The translations under genes and the position numbers were made by a program. 64,000 nucleotides of DNA from Candidatus Eiseniibacteriota bacterium (lineage in GTDB: Bacteria; Eisenbacteria; RBG-16-71-46; CAIMUX01; VGJL01). The notes under the pieces were generated by a model. It made no database searches. It was not told where the DNA came from and saw nothing but the letters and a program-made list of their open reading frames with translations. Location of the stretch: assembly GCA_041946735.1 (NCBI GenBank), contig JBHGAY010000003.1:64001-128000 (forward strand), in the 5' to 3' direction. Positions 1 to 9,163 of this stretch are shown here, one piece after another. Each line of letters begins with the position of its first letter. Position 1 is the stretch's first letter.

Positions 1-865
1 GAATCGGCGCCGCCTCGCGCCACCGGGCTTGCAGCTCCGGCAAGCGCGATTCGGGGACGGAGAAGACGACGTGGATGGGATCGAGCTGGTGGATCACGAC
101 GAGCGGATCGGCGTCATTCGCTCGGACGAGGTTTCCTTCCTGGATCGCGAGGCTGCCCGTTCTGCCGCTGATCGGAGCGCGGATCGAGCAGTATTCGAGG
201 TTGAGCCGAGCCGTCTCGACTTCGGCATCGAGCGACTGGACGGACGCGCTCTCCGCCGCCGCCGCCGCCATCGCCTGTTCGTACTGCTGCCGCGTCACGA
301 AGTCATTGGCGATCAGCTCCTGGGCGCGGCGCGCGTCGGCGGCCGCCGTTCGCAGGCGCGCCTGCCCGCGAGCGAGGTCGGCCTCGGCGGCGCGCAACGC
401 CGCCTCGAACGGCCGTCGGTCGATCGTGAAGAGAGGATCTCCTTTGCGGACGGTCTGCCCCTCAGCGAAATGGACCGCCGTCAGCTCCCCCGTCACCCGG
501 GCGCGCACCTCGACCGATCGCACCGGGGCTACCTTGCCGATCGCGGAGACCCGGATCGGAAAGTCCTCGGTTACGGCGGTAGCGGCGAGAACGGGGACCG
601 CCTCGCCTCCTGCGCCTCGCTTGCTCGGCTCCTTCGCTCCCCCCGAATCCGAGCAGCCGGAGATCAGGACAGCTGAGGCGAGCGTGGAGATCAGGACAAT
701 CGGGGGGAGCGCGAGGACGGTCGTGAGAAGCGCCAGAAACGCCCCCACCGCTCGTTGCCACGGTCGCAGGGAAGCTCCGCAAACTCGACGAAGCACACCG
801 GGGAGGAATCCCCCCGGAGCGAGCGACGATCGCAAGCTCCGCTGGAAGTCGTCACGATTCCGCAT
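1..865 (-). CDS. RND efflux periplasmic adaptor (membrane fusion protein, MdtA-like) lipoprotein; 3' end runs off the window
   Basis: Manual translation from ATG 865 (not in the ORF track) gives lipobox LISGC, then VRARVTGELTAVHFAEGQTVRKGDPLFTID and LEYCSIRAPISGRTG...EGNLVRAND...PLVVIHQLDPIHVVFSVPE, typical MFP motifs. No stop was seen in the segments translated. Confidence 0.88.
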   Translation of the reverse strand, partial: MRNRDDFQRSLRSSLAPGGFLPGVLRRVCGASLRPWQRAVGAFLALLTTVLALPPIVLISTLASAVLISGCSDSGGAKEPSKRGAGGEAVPVLAATAVTEDFPIRVSAIGKVAPVRSVEVRARVTGELTAVHFAEGQTVRKGDPLFTIDRRPFEAALRAAEADLARGQARLRTAAADARRAQELIANDFVTRQQYEQAMAAAAAESASVQSLDAEVETARLNLEYCSIRAPISGRTGSLAIQEGNLVRANDADPLVVIHQLDPIHVVFSVPESRLPELQARWREAAPI

Positions 866-966
866 GCGCCTCTCCACGCCCTCCCCTCATTGTGGTTCCC
901 GGCCGGCAAGGTGTCCGCCGACTGTAGCACGCCGAGGCCCGCCGTCCGGCCGTACGGCTCCGGCTG

Positions 967-2037
967 TCAGACGCTGAATCTGACGTGAAGGATGTCGCCG
1001 TCCTGCACCGGATAGTCCTTCCCCTCGAGGCGCAGGACCCCTTTCTTCTTCGCCTCGTTCAGCGAGCCGGTCTCGAGCAGCGTCGAGCAATGGATCACCT
1101 CGCCTCGGATGAAACCGCGCTCGAGATCGCTGTGGATGACGCCGGCTGCGCGCCTCGCCGGGGTGTCGCGCCGGACGGTCCAGCCACGCACCTCGTCCTC
1201 GCCCACCGTGAAGAAGGTGACGAGATCGAGGCCCGCGTACGCGGCGCGCAGGAACCGGTGGAGTACAGGCTCGTCGAGGTGGTAGGCGGCGAGGAGCTCG
1301 GTTCGATCGTCCGCGGGAAGCTGCGCGATCTCGTGTTCCACGGCTGCGGAGAGGACGAAGAGCGGCCATCCGCGCTCGCCGCAAAAGCTGCGCAAGGCCC
1401 GCGCCGCGGCGCTCCGTTCGCCTTCCGCGAGGTCGGATTCCGCGAGATTGGCGACGACGAGCACCGGCTTTCCGGTCAACAGGCCGTACTGGCGCACCAG
1501 CCTCTCCGCCTCCTCGTCGAGCGGGAGGCCGCGGATTCCCGCGCCGTTCTCGAGGTGCGGCTGCAGCATCCGGAGGAAGGTGTAGCGCCGCTGCGCGTCG
1601 GGGTTCTGCTTGCTCTTCGCGGCCATCTCGACCCCTTCGATCCCTTTCTCGACGACCGCGTAGTCGGCGAAGACGAGCTCGTCCCACACCTCTCGCAGCG
1701 ACCCGACCGCGTGCTCGCTCGAGCTGTCGTGGAACAGGTCGAGGACGACGGCCAGGCCGTCCGCCTTGCGCACTTCGCCGAACGCCGCCGTGCGGAGCTT
1801 GGGGTCGGTGAGCCGATCGAAGCCGGGGACGTCGAGGACCTCGATCGTCACCGGCGTCTGCTTGCGCGGGCGGAACAGCTCGACCAGCTCCTGGAAGCGA
1901 CGGTCGGGGACCGCGACGACGGTGCGGTCGGCCGTGAAATTCTGCCGGAGCGGCGCGCGGGTCGGCGCGCCGCCGAGCAACTCGAAGAGGGTGCTCTTGC
2001 CGCTTCCGATTCCTCCGATCAGGGCGATGCTGGGCAT
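967..2037 (-). CDS. ychF: YchF-family (Obg-like) ATPase with C-terminal TGS/DUF933 domain, divergent G-domain
   Basis: P-loop GGIGSGKSTL, DVPG and NLAE motifs; C-terminus TFFTVGEDEVRGW...AGVIHSDLERGFIRGEV...EGKDYPVQDGD. Start taken at MPSIALIG. Confidence 0.88.
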   Translation of the reverse strand: MPSIALIGGIGSGKSTLFELLGGAPTRAPLRQNFTADRTVVAVPDRRFQELVELFRPRKQTPVTIEVLDVPGFDRLTDPKLRTAAFGEVRKADGLAVVLDLFHDSSSEHAVGSLREVWDELVFADYAVVEKGIEGVEMAAKSKQNPDAQRRYTFLRMLQPHLENGAGIRGLPLDEEAERLVRQYGLLTGKPVLVVANLAESDLAEGERSAAARALRSFCGERGWPLFVLSAAVEHEIAQLPADDRTELLAAYHLDEPVLHRFLRAAYAGLDLVTFFTVGEDEVRGWTVRRDTPARRAAGVIHSDLERGFIRGEVIHCSTLLETGSLNEAKKKGVLRLEGKDYPVQDGDILHVRFSV

Positions 2038-2283
2038 GGAGATTCCTCCCGGGCGGCGCATTTCGTGGCGGCGGGACCGCAGCTACGGCCGCGCGGTCGC
2101 GGCTGGCTCGCGCTCGCTTCTCTTCCTCGGACTTCGCTGGTTTCGTACGGGTCAAAGGGGAAAGGGTACCGCACGCGGCCGCGAAGCGACATCTCGGATT
2201 CCGGCCGGTCTTCCACGGCGACGGCGGATGCGGAGAAAGCACGGGCGCGCGAGGCCGTGTTCGCGACTGTTCGCTCCGATGGA

Positions 2284-2312
2284 TTGACACCGCCGGGACC
2301 CGCCCGTAGAGT
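2284..2312 (+). promoter_or_regulatory. Sigma70-type promoter upstream of the cobalamin riboswitch
   Basis: TTGACA (2284-2289), 17 bp spacer, TAGAGT (2307-2312). Confidence 0.7.
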
Positions 2313-2349
2313 GCGGCCTCGTCCGAGACAACCGATCGACAAGACCTGG

Positions 2350-2516
2350 GGCTTCCTGTTCCGGCGGAGTTTCGCCGCCGGTCGGGGAAAACGGTCGAAC
2401 GCCGTTGCGGGCCCGCCGCTGTAGTCGGGGACCGCCCTCGCGAGACGCCACTGGCGAAGAGCTGGGAAGGCGCGGGGAGCGGGACGATCCGAGAGCCAGA
2501 ACACCCGCAGGAAGCC
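2350..2516 (+). ncRNA. Cobalamin (B12) riboswitch
   Basis: Closing stem GGCTTCCTG (2350-2358) / CAGGAAGCC (2508-2516); GGGGAAA-CGGT motif, CCCGCCGCTGTA, GCCACTGG...CTGGGAAGG and B12-box GAGCCAGAACACCCGC. Lies upstream of a TonB-dependent receptor. Confidence 0.92.
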
Positions 2517-2752
2517 TCTCACGACCCTTCCGGTCCGGGCGCGGCCGGGGAGCGGCTTCCCCCTCCTCCTGCCCACCCCTCCGGATCGGTCACGGCGAAT
2601 CCTCTCGTGGAGTGGAGGTCCCGTTGGCCCGAAACGTCTCTCTGCCCTCCCGGCGGTTGCGGCTGTCGCTGTCGCTGCGGCCGTGGCTCTCTTTACGACT
2701 GCGGCTCTCTCCGTGGCTGCGGCTCCTCAGGCCGTTGGCCGCTGTCGAGCGG

Positions 2753-4993
2753 ATGTGGAGCGTGGCCGCCCGGCGCGCTTGCCTGCTTTGCGTCGCAGCG
2801 TCCGTCCCCGCCGCTGCGTTCGCGTCTCCGCCCGGTACCGGCGCATCCTCCGCGGCCGCATCCCCCCGGCCCGCGCCGACGGCCCAGTCCGTCTCGGTCG
2901 ACACGATCCAGGTGGTCGCGACGCGCCCGTTCCCGGAGGACCGCCTCGTCCTCTCACGAGGTTCCGCGCAATCGATCCCGCTCGGGGACCGGGCCGGAGA
3001 GGCTCGCGATCTCGGCGATCTGCTCGATCGTGCGACGGGAGTATCGGTCCGCCGCCTGGGAGGCCTCGGCGCGCTCACGCTCGCTTCGATCCGCGGGAGC
3101 AGCCCCTCGCAGGTCGTCGTCACGATCGACGGCGTTCCTCTCGCCACCGCGCCCGAGGCGGCCGTGAACCTCGCGCTCCTGCCCGCGTCGCTTTTCGAGC
3201 GGGCGGAAATCGCGCGTGGACCTGCCTCGGACGCCAGCGGAGCGGCCGCTGCGGGAACGATCCATCTGTTCTCCCCGGACCGGCTGGATCCGCCTCCACG
3301 GATCCGCTTGATGGCCGGATCATTCGGCACCTTCGCCCTCTCCGGTCTCGGAGGGATCGGGAGAGGTCCGGTCTCGCTCCTCGCCTCGGCGGGCACGACG
3401 AAGAGCGATGGCGACTACCCGTACAGGAACCGGTCGGGGACTCCTTGGCAGCCCGGGGACGACGTTACCGAACGACGCGCGAACAATCGCTTTCGCCAGG
3501 ATGACCTGCTGTTGCGTGGACGCGTTTCGATCGGGCCTTCCGCGCGCGTCGACTACATGGGGCAGCGATTGTTCAAGGACGCCGGGATCCCCGGCACCGA
3601 GCAGCTCCAGACCTTACACATTCATGATCGCTTCGAACGATGGATCCACTCGCTCCGGCTTGCCTTCGAGGACGGACGGGCGGCGGGGCGCGCGGCTCCG
3701 GCGGGCGGCGCCGTTGCGGCTTCCTCCAAGCCCGTGATGCCGGCGATCGCCTGGGGCGCGCGGATCGGCGTTCGCCGGCAGGAGGACTCCGATCGCTATC
3801 GAAATCCGCAAGGGGAAGCGGGCCTCCCAGTCGCGGATCAGAAGACGTCGCTGCGGTCGGACCGGATCGACCTCGAACTCGACCTCCCGCTCGCGACGCG
3901 CAACGGCCTGCATGCGCGGACCGCATTCGAGCGGGAACGATGGCGCCCGGAGGACAGGCTTCGCGGGACGAGCGGGCCGGCCCGCCGGCGGACCACCGCA
4001 AGCGCCGGCCTCGCGGCGGAGCGGGTTCAAGAGGCAGGACGCATCGGGAGCATCGAAGCGCGGGCCGAAGGGCGCGCGAGCCGGATCGTGAATCGGCTCG
4101 CCGCAGCCGCGACGGACGGCTCCGCCAAAGGCGCGGCTGGCGGGGCAGTCGCCGGATCCCTCGAGTCGCGCGACACCTACCTGTCCGGCGATCTGGCGGT
4201 CGCGTGGCAGACGTCCCCCGGAGTCCGCTTGCGGCTCGCCCACGGAAGCTTCGTCCGCCCGCCGTCCTTCGCCGAGCTGTTCGGCGCGACCGGGGTGCAG
4301 GTGGGCAATCCCGGCCTCACGGCGGAGCACGGAAGCTCGAGCGACCTCGGCCTCGTGCTCGAGGGCCGCCTTCCTTTGGCGCGCGATTGGCAGGCGCGCT
4401 TCGAGGCGACCGCGTTCCGCTCGAGCACGTGCGACGCGATCGTGTGGTTGCAGAACAGCCAGAGGACGACCCGCGCCGAGAACCTGGAGAGGACGGAGAC
4501 GCGCGGGCTGGAGGTCGTGTTGCGAGCTTTGCGTCCGGTGCGCGCCCCCTTGCCCCTCCGTCCTTCCCTCGAGTGGATCGGGACGCTGACCTGGCAGGAT
4601 GCGCGCGACGCCGGCCCGAACCCCGCCTATCACGGGAAGCGCCTTCCGCACCTGCCCGCCCTCGAGGCGTCGATCGAGGGGCGCATCGATGCGGGGCGCT
4701 TCGCGCTCGCCCCGGTCGTCGACTTCGAATCGTCCCTGTTTCGCGATCGCTACAACAGCCCTGGGAAACGGCGCGGCGCGCTCGCGCGGGTCGACCTCGA
4801 GGCGACGGTGCGCGTGGCCGGTGGGAGGGGATCGGTCGGCGTGGGCGCACGCAATCTGATGGACCGGCGGACGCAGGATCTCGATGGCTTTCCGCTTCCC
4901 GGCCGCTCCGTCTATGTGGAGATGACCTGGGAAATGGCACGCAGCGCTCGCGACGGCGGCGCAGACGGACGGCAACCGGCTCGGGAGAGGTGA
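2753..4993 (+). CDS. btuB: TonB-dependent receptor, probable cobalamin transporter (BtuB-like)
   Basis: Signal peptide, TonB-box-like DTIQVVA, plug motifs (GVSVRRLGG, SIRGSSPSQVVVTIDGVPL), PSFAELFG...GNPGLTAE and C-terminal RNLMD...FPLPGRSVY. Follows a B12 riboswitch. Start codon uncertain. Confidence 0.8.
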   Translation: MWSVAARRACLLCVAASVPAAAFASPPGTGASSAAASPRPAPTAQSVSVDTIQVVATRPFPEDRLVLSRGSAQSIPLGDRAGEARDLGDLLDRATGVSVRRLGGLGALTLASIRGSSPSQVVVTIDGVPLATAPEAAVNLALLPASLFERAEIARGPASDASGAAAAGTIHLFSPDRLDPPPRIRLMAGSFGTFALSGLGGIGRGPVSLLASAGTTKSDGDYPYRNRSGTPWQPGDDVTERRANNRFRQDDLLLRGRVSIGPSARVDYMGQRLFKDAGIPGTEQLQTLHIHDRFERWIHSLRLAFEDGRAAGRAAPAGGAVAASSKPVMPAIAWGARIGVRRQEDSDRYRNPQGEAGLPVADQKTSLRSDRIDLELDLPLATRNGLHARTAFERERWRPEDRLRGTSGPARRRTTASAGLAAERVQEAGRIGSIEARAEGRASRIVNRLAAAATDGSAKGAAGGAVAGSLESRDTYLSGDLAVAWQTSPGVRLRLAHGSFVRPPSFAELFGATGVQVGNPGLTAEHGSSSDLGLVLEGRLPLARDWQARFEATAFRSSTCDAIVWLQNSQRTTRAENLERTETRGLEVVLRALRPVRAPLPLRPSLEWIGTLTWQDARDAGPNPAYHGKRLPHLPALEASIEGRIDAGRFALAPVVDFESSLFRDRYNSPGKRRGALARVDLEATVRVAGGRGSVGVGARNLMDRRTQDLDGFPLPGRSVYVEMTWEMARSARDGGADGRQPARER

Positions 4994-5023
4994 GGCAAAG
5001 GTGAGGCAAAGGTGAGGCAAAGG
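4989..5023 (+). repeat. Three tandem copies of GGTGAGGCAAA starting at the receptor stop codon
   Basis: Units at 4989, 5000 and 5011 are directly visible. Confidence 0.9.
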
Positions 5024-5038
5024 AGAAGCGAGGTGAGG

Positions 5039-6271
5039 ATGCGACAGGAGGGTTTCAAGAGTGGGCCAGGACGATGGCCGGCGATCCTGGCGATCCTGAC
5101 GGCGGCCGCGGCCGTCCTGGCTGCGGCCGGGTGCTCGGACGATTCGGAGAACCCCGCCGGGCCGTCGGGCGGGAACGAGTGCGGCGAGATCCTCGCGGTG
5201 ACGACCGACTACGCCACCGGGTCACTCGCCGTCGTCTCGGGCGATTCGACCGCCGACGTCGCGAAGGACGTTGCCGCAGTGCACGCCGACGCGGTCGCCC
5301 GCGTGCATGACGGTCTGGTCTGGATCGTGAATCGTCTCGGCGCGGACAACATCCAGGTGCTCGACCCGGCCGCCGGATTCTCCACGATCCGCCAGTTCTC
5401 GACCGGGGCCGGGACGAACCCGCGCGATATCGCCTTCGGCGAGGCGGCCGATCGAGCCTACGTCAGCCGCGCGCTGTCGGCCTCCCTCCTCGAGATCGAT
5501 CCGCGAAGCGGCGCTCACGTCCGCGAGATCGCTCTTGACGTCTATGCCGACGCCGACCGCATTCCCGACATGGACCGGCTTCTCTACGTCGCGCCCCGCA
5601 TCTACGTCGCCCTGCAGAGGATCGACTTCGGGGGAGGCACCTACCTGCCGGTCGCCCCGTCGATGATCGCTGTCTACGACACCGAGGCGGACTCGCTGGT
5701 CGACTTCGATCCCGCGCTCGCCGGAAGCCAGGCGATCCTTCTGCAGGGATTGAACCCCACGGCACCAATGATCTGGAATGCGCGGCGCGGCGAGATCCTG
5801 GTCCCCGAATCCGGAGTCTATGGAGTGAACGATGCGGGCATCGAACGCGTCGATCCCGTTGCCGGACGTTCTCTCGGATGGATGCTGCGGGAGGAAGCTC
5901 TTGGAGGCGATCTGATCGACTTCGTTCTGAGCGAGGCGAATGGGGGGACCGTGGGGATCGAGGGGAGCGAGAGAGGCTTCGCAACCGCGAGCTTCCCAAC
6001 GGCCACGGGATTCGGGACGCGTCTCGTCGCATTCGATCCCTCGACCGGAGCGGTCACCGACACTCTCTATTCGTCGGACGCCTACGACCTCGCGGATCTC
6101 GTGCTCAGCCGCTGCGGGATCCTATTCGTATGTGACCGCGCCTACGGGAGCTCGGGCTTGCGCGCCTTTCGCGCGGAAGACGGCTCGCCGCTATCGATCG
6201 GCACCGGTGCGGGAGGAACGATCTCGACGGGGCTCCCTCCCTTCGAGCTGGTCCGTCTGGACGACGAGTGA
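5039..6271 (+). CDS. Beta-propeller (YncE-like) lipoprotein, candidate B12-capture protein
   Basis: Lipobox LAAAGC; repeated strand motifs (VWIVNR, NPRDIAF, RAYVSR, RIYVALQR, LFVCDR). Co-oriented directly after the receptor. Confidence 0.7.
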   Translation: MRQEGFKSGPGRWPAILAILTAAAAVLAAAGCSDDSENPAGPSGGNECGEILAVTTDYATGSLAVVSGDSTADVAKDVAAVHADAVARVHDGLVWIVNRLGADNIQVLDPAAGFSTIRQFSTGAGTNPRDIAFGEAADRAYVSRALSASLLEIDPRSGAHVREIALDVYADADRIPDMDRLLYVAPRIYVALQRIDFGGGTYLPVAPSMIAVYDTEADSLVDFDPALAGSQAILLQGLNPTAPMIWNARRGEILVPESGVYGVNDAGIERVDPVAGRSLGWMLREEALGGDLIDFVLSEANGGTVGIEGSERGFATASFPTATGFGTRLVAFDPSTGAVTDTLYSSDAYDLADLVLSRCGILFVCDRAYGSSGLRAFRAEDGSPLSIGTGAGGTISTGLPPFELVRLDDE

Positions 6272-6333
6272 ACGAGTAAACGGGTACACGAGAGCCGTCG
6301 AGAAGGAAGCTGGACGGCCGACAGGACCGCGGC

Positions 6334-7326
6334 TTACGTTGCAGGCGGGGGCGCCGGATCCTCCACGGAGGTCATCTCCTCCGGCGTGTACTGCTTGGGC
6401 GGCGGCATCGGGGCCTCGTAGGGACGGTCGGCCGAGATCAACCTCGCGCGCACGATGAAGCGGCTGGGCGCGTGCCCCACGTAGAAGAACGGATAGCAGG
6501 TGACCAGGGTGAGCGTCGCGCCGCCCTCCGAAGCGAGAACGTCCCCGCGGTCCGGATCGACGATCTCCGTCGACTCCACTCGATAGTGGAAGTCTCCATC
6601 CGGCGTCGTCAGCGTGAGAGAGTCGTCGGCACAGACATCCTTCAGTCCTCGAAAGAATGAGTCGCGATGACCCGCCAGGCCGACGTTGCCCTCCTCTCCC
6701 GGGAATGCCGTACCGGGAACGTGGCCGACCGCTCGACGCAGCGTCCGCTTGTCGATCCCCTCGGCGATGATCGCGGAGATGCCGAGCCGGGGAGCGGCGA
6801 TTCGTCCGATCACACCGCCCGCATCGGCCGCCGCTCGCGCCGCATCGGCCGGTCCTACGCGGACGGCGGACGCGCTCGGGCCCTCGCCCGCCGCGGCGAA
6901 CCGCGCGGCAATCGCTCGCTCGAGCGCGGCCGACTGCTGGTGCTGGTAGAGACGGGTGTCGAGGGTCGCGAGGGCCCATAGGCCGACCAGCACGCAGCCG
7001 CCGACGAAGAGCAGCCACGACGCGGCGAGGTAGAGGAATCGGCGGTCCAGGGTGCGGCCGCGGAGCGGCAGCATCGCGAGGAGTGGGTTCCGCGGGGTTC
7101 CGTTCCGCGGGTCTGCGTTCCGCCGGCTCTGGTCGACGGATCCTTCGTCCCCGCGGCTTTCGTTCGGGGGGTCCGAAGCGATGAGGTCTTGCACGGTCAC
7201 GTTCTCGGTCTCGGTCTGCGCGCGCGAATCAGCGATCCGCGCGCCGATGGCGATGCGAGGATCGCTCGAGTCACGGACCTGAACGCTTTCACATTCGTTC
7301 CTACGGTCGTTGTTGTCGCCTTCCAT
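6334..7326 (-). CDS. Class D sortase
   Basis: N-terminal TM helix; GHVPGTAFPGEEGNVGLAGHRDSFFRGL (His) and TLTLVTCYPF...PSRFIVRA (Cys, Arg). The true start may be further downstream. Confidence 0.93.
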   Translation of the reverse strand: MEGDNNDRRNECESVQVRDSSDPRIAIGARIADSRAQTETENVTVQDLIASDPPNESRGDEGSVDQSRRNADPRNGTPRNPLLAMLPLRGRTLDRRFLYLAASWLLFVGGCVLVGLWALATLDTRLYQHQQSAALERAIAARFAAAGEGPSASAVRVGPADAARAAADAGGVIGRIAAPRLGISAIIAEGIDKRTLRRAVGHVPGTAFPGEEGNVGLAGHRDSFFRGLKDVCADDSLTLTTPDGDFHYRVESTEIVDPDRGDVLASEGGATLTLVTCYPFFYVGHAPSRFIVRARLISADRPYEAPMPPPKQYTPEEMTSVEDPAPPPAT

Positions 7327-7454
7327 GGCAGACCCCTTCGCTTTCGGTGTCCCCGTCCCGCGTTTTCCCCGGAAGCCCGACGCTTGGGGCGAACGGCTCG
7401 GCTGCGACCCTTATCTATCTACACTCACCATTGCCTACTACCTACCCGGGAACC

Positions 7455-7490
7455 CCGCTCGGGACCCACGAGTCTGCGGGTCCCGAGCGG
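7455..7490. terminator. Perfect 13-bp hairpin between the sortase and its substrate gene
   Basis: CCGCTCGGGACCC, 10-nt loop, GGGTCCCGAGCGG. No strong U-tract. Confidence 0.5.
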
Positions 7491-7630
7491 CCGGGATGAG
7501 CTGCGTCCGTTGGCAGCTTCTCCGTCGCGAAGTTCGAAAGACCGCGCGCGCAGCTCGCGCCGCGATCAATTCGGATCGAGCGGGCTTCGTCAAACGCCGC
7601 TCGCGGAGTGCCGCTCGCGCGCCTGCTGCT

Positions 7631-8011
7631 CTACTGCTGCTGAAGCGCGAAGCGCCGGCGCAGGCCGTAGGCCACGGCGAGGGTCGCGAGACCCGACAGG
7701 CCGACCAGAGGAAGAGGACTCGCCGTCCCTGGCAGGTTCTCGTTCGCGGTGGTCTGGTTACCGTACTGGTCGGTCGTCGTCGTGGTGGTGGTGGTCGTCG
7801 TCTGGTTGTCCATCGTGCCGTTGTTGTCGTAGGTCTGGGTCGTGCCCGTCGTGCCCGTGGTGCCCGTCGTGCCCGTGGTGCCAGTCGTTCCCGTGTTGTT
7901 GTCGTAGGTGCCTGTGTTCGTGTCGTTGTCGTTGGTCGTCTGGCCGTACGCGACGACGCCGGAGAACGCGAGCGCCGCGACGATCGCGAATGTCATCAGA
8001 AACCGCTTCAT
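7631..8011 (-). CDS. Small secreted Thr/Gly/Asn-rich protein with LPXTA sortase sorting signal
   Basis: Signal peptide MKRFLMTFAIVAALAFSGVVAYG, GTT repeats and poly-Thr, then LPGTA + hydrophobic helix + RRR tail; 126 aa. Confidence 0.88.
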   Translation of the reverse strand: MKRFLMTFAIVAALAFSGVVAYGQTTNDNDTNTGTYDNNTGTTGTTGTTGTTGTTGTTQTYDNNGTMDNQTTTTTTTTTTDQYGNQTTANENLPGTASPLPLVGLSGLATLAVAYGLRRRFALQQQ

Positions 8012-8132
8012 TGGATTTTTCTCCCCTTCACTAGTGGTGGATTTCCGGACCTTCGTCCATGTCGATATTTCACTTGTTCTGCGTCTTTCGCTTTCTGGAG
8101 ACCTTGGGCGGTCCCAACCCTGGCAGAGCTGG

Positions 8133-8149
8133 AGCAGGAGGTATGCCGA
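8133..8149 (-). promoter_or_regulatory. Candidate sigma54 (-24/-12) promoter for the LPXTA gene
   Basis: Minus strand reads TCGGCATACCTCCTGCT (GG-N10-GC), about 120 bp upstream of the ATG. Confidence 0.45.
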
Positions 8150-8384
8150 AACAGCCCAGAGGCGCAGGACGTTTTGGAGCAGCGCGCGGGGAGGCCGGAA
8201 GAGCTGCTGTATCACGGCATCGCGAAGCGCCGGCGAAGTCGCGTTTGGCGGTCAGCACGAACGCGCGCCTGGGTCACCGCGCGGTCGCGAAGAGGTTCAG
8301 GACTTCCCGGGATGGTAGGAACTTCATTCGGGCAGCGGTCGCGAATTGCGGGAAAGTCACGCGGCCGGGGCGGACGCGAAGCTG

Positions 8385-8457
8385 GCTACGGGCAGGCCCC
8401 CGCGTGCGTGCGAAGGAGAAACTCGCTACGCGCAGGCCCCCGCGTGCGTGCGAAGGA
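8385..8457. repeat. 33-bp direct repeat duplicating the 3' end of the B3/B4 gene
   Basis: GCTACG(G/C)GCAGGCCCCCGCGTGCGTGCGAAGGA at 8385 and 8425, one mismatch. Confidence 0.9.
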
Positions 8458-9163
8458 TCCGGTGCGCAAGCTCCAGTTCGTCCGCGAGCCGGTTCGCCGG
8501 GCGGTCGGAAGGAGCGAACACGACGAAGAAGACGGCCGTCGTCGACTCGGTCACTGATGTGCGGAGGGAATCCGACGTGGGGTTGCCGAACGGCCCCAGC
8601 GAGTCCACGAGGACCGGGCGCCCGTGCAGATGGACCTCGTCCTTGCGGATGCCGGCGTAGGATTCCCCCTCGAGTCCCGCGCGCAGCAGCACGGGCGGCT
8701 GGATCTTCTCCAGATCGTAGAGCCCAACGGGGAGCAGGAGCGTCAGGGATGCGAGGTTGGCCGCGTCGACGACGGCGCCGACCCGGTAGAGACCTTTGCC
8801 CTGCAGGATGCGGCGCAACAGCGATTCGGACGATGGCCGCGTGCGCGAAGGATCGATGCCGAAGGCGTGGTAGAGCTTCCGAGCGGGCTGGAGCGCCTCG
8901 ATCGCCTCGGACGGCTCGTTCCACAATCTGCGATACCGCTCCTCGAGCGCGCGCAGCTCCCGATCGAGACTCTCCGGACGCTCGCCGTTGCCTACCGGCT
9001 CGAGCGTGAACGATGCGATCCGGATGCGCGCCGCGATGCCGGGGTCGATCGCGAGCGGCAACGTCGGCAAGCTTGCTCTCGATCCGGATGGCCCGGACGT
9101 GCGCCCTCCCTCCGTCCTGTCCAAGTGCCGCTCGCTATCCGGTCCGCCGCTCTCCATCTCCAT
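8426..9163 (-). CDS. Stand-alone B3/B4 domain protein (PheT editing-domain-like)
   Basis: RKLYHAFGIDPSRTRPSSESLLRRILQGKGLYRVGAVVDAANLAS...PVGLYD...GPFGNPTSDSLRT. Start uncertain. Confidence 0.85.
   Translation of the reverse strand: MEMESGGPDSERHLDRTEGGRTSGPSGSRASLPTLPLAIDPGIAARIRIASFTLEPVGNGERPESLDRELRALEERYRRLWNEPSEAIEALQPARKLYHAFGIDPSRTRPSSESLLRRILQGKGLYRVGAVVDAANLASLTLLLPVGLYDLEKIQPPVLLRAGLEGESYAGIRKDEVHLHGRPVLVDSLGPFGNPTSDSLRTSVTESTTAVFFVVFAPSDRPANRLADELELAHRILRTHAGACA

Noticed and set aside
7330..7620. Possible structured ncRNA between the sortase and its substrate
   Set aside because: One strong hairpin, but no recognisable RNA family motif; recorded only as a hairpin.
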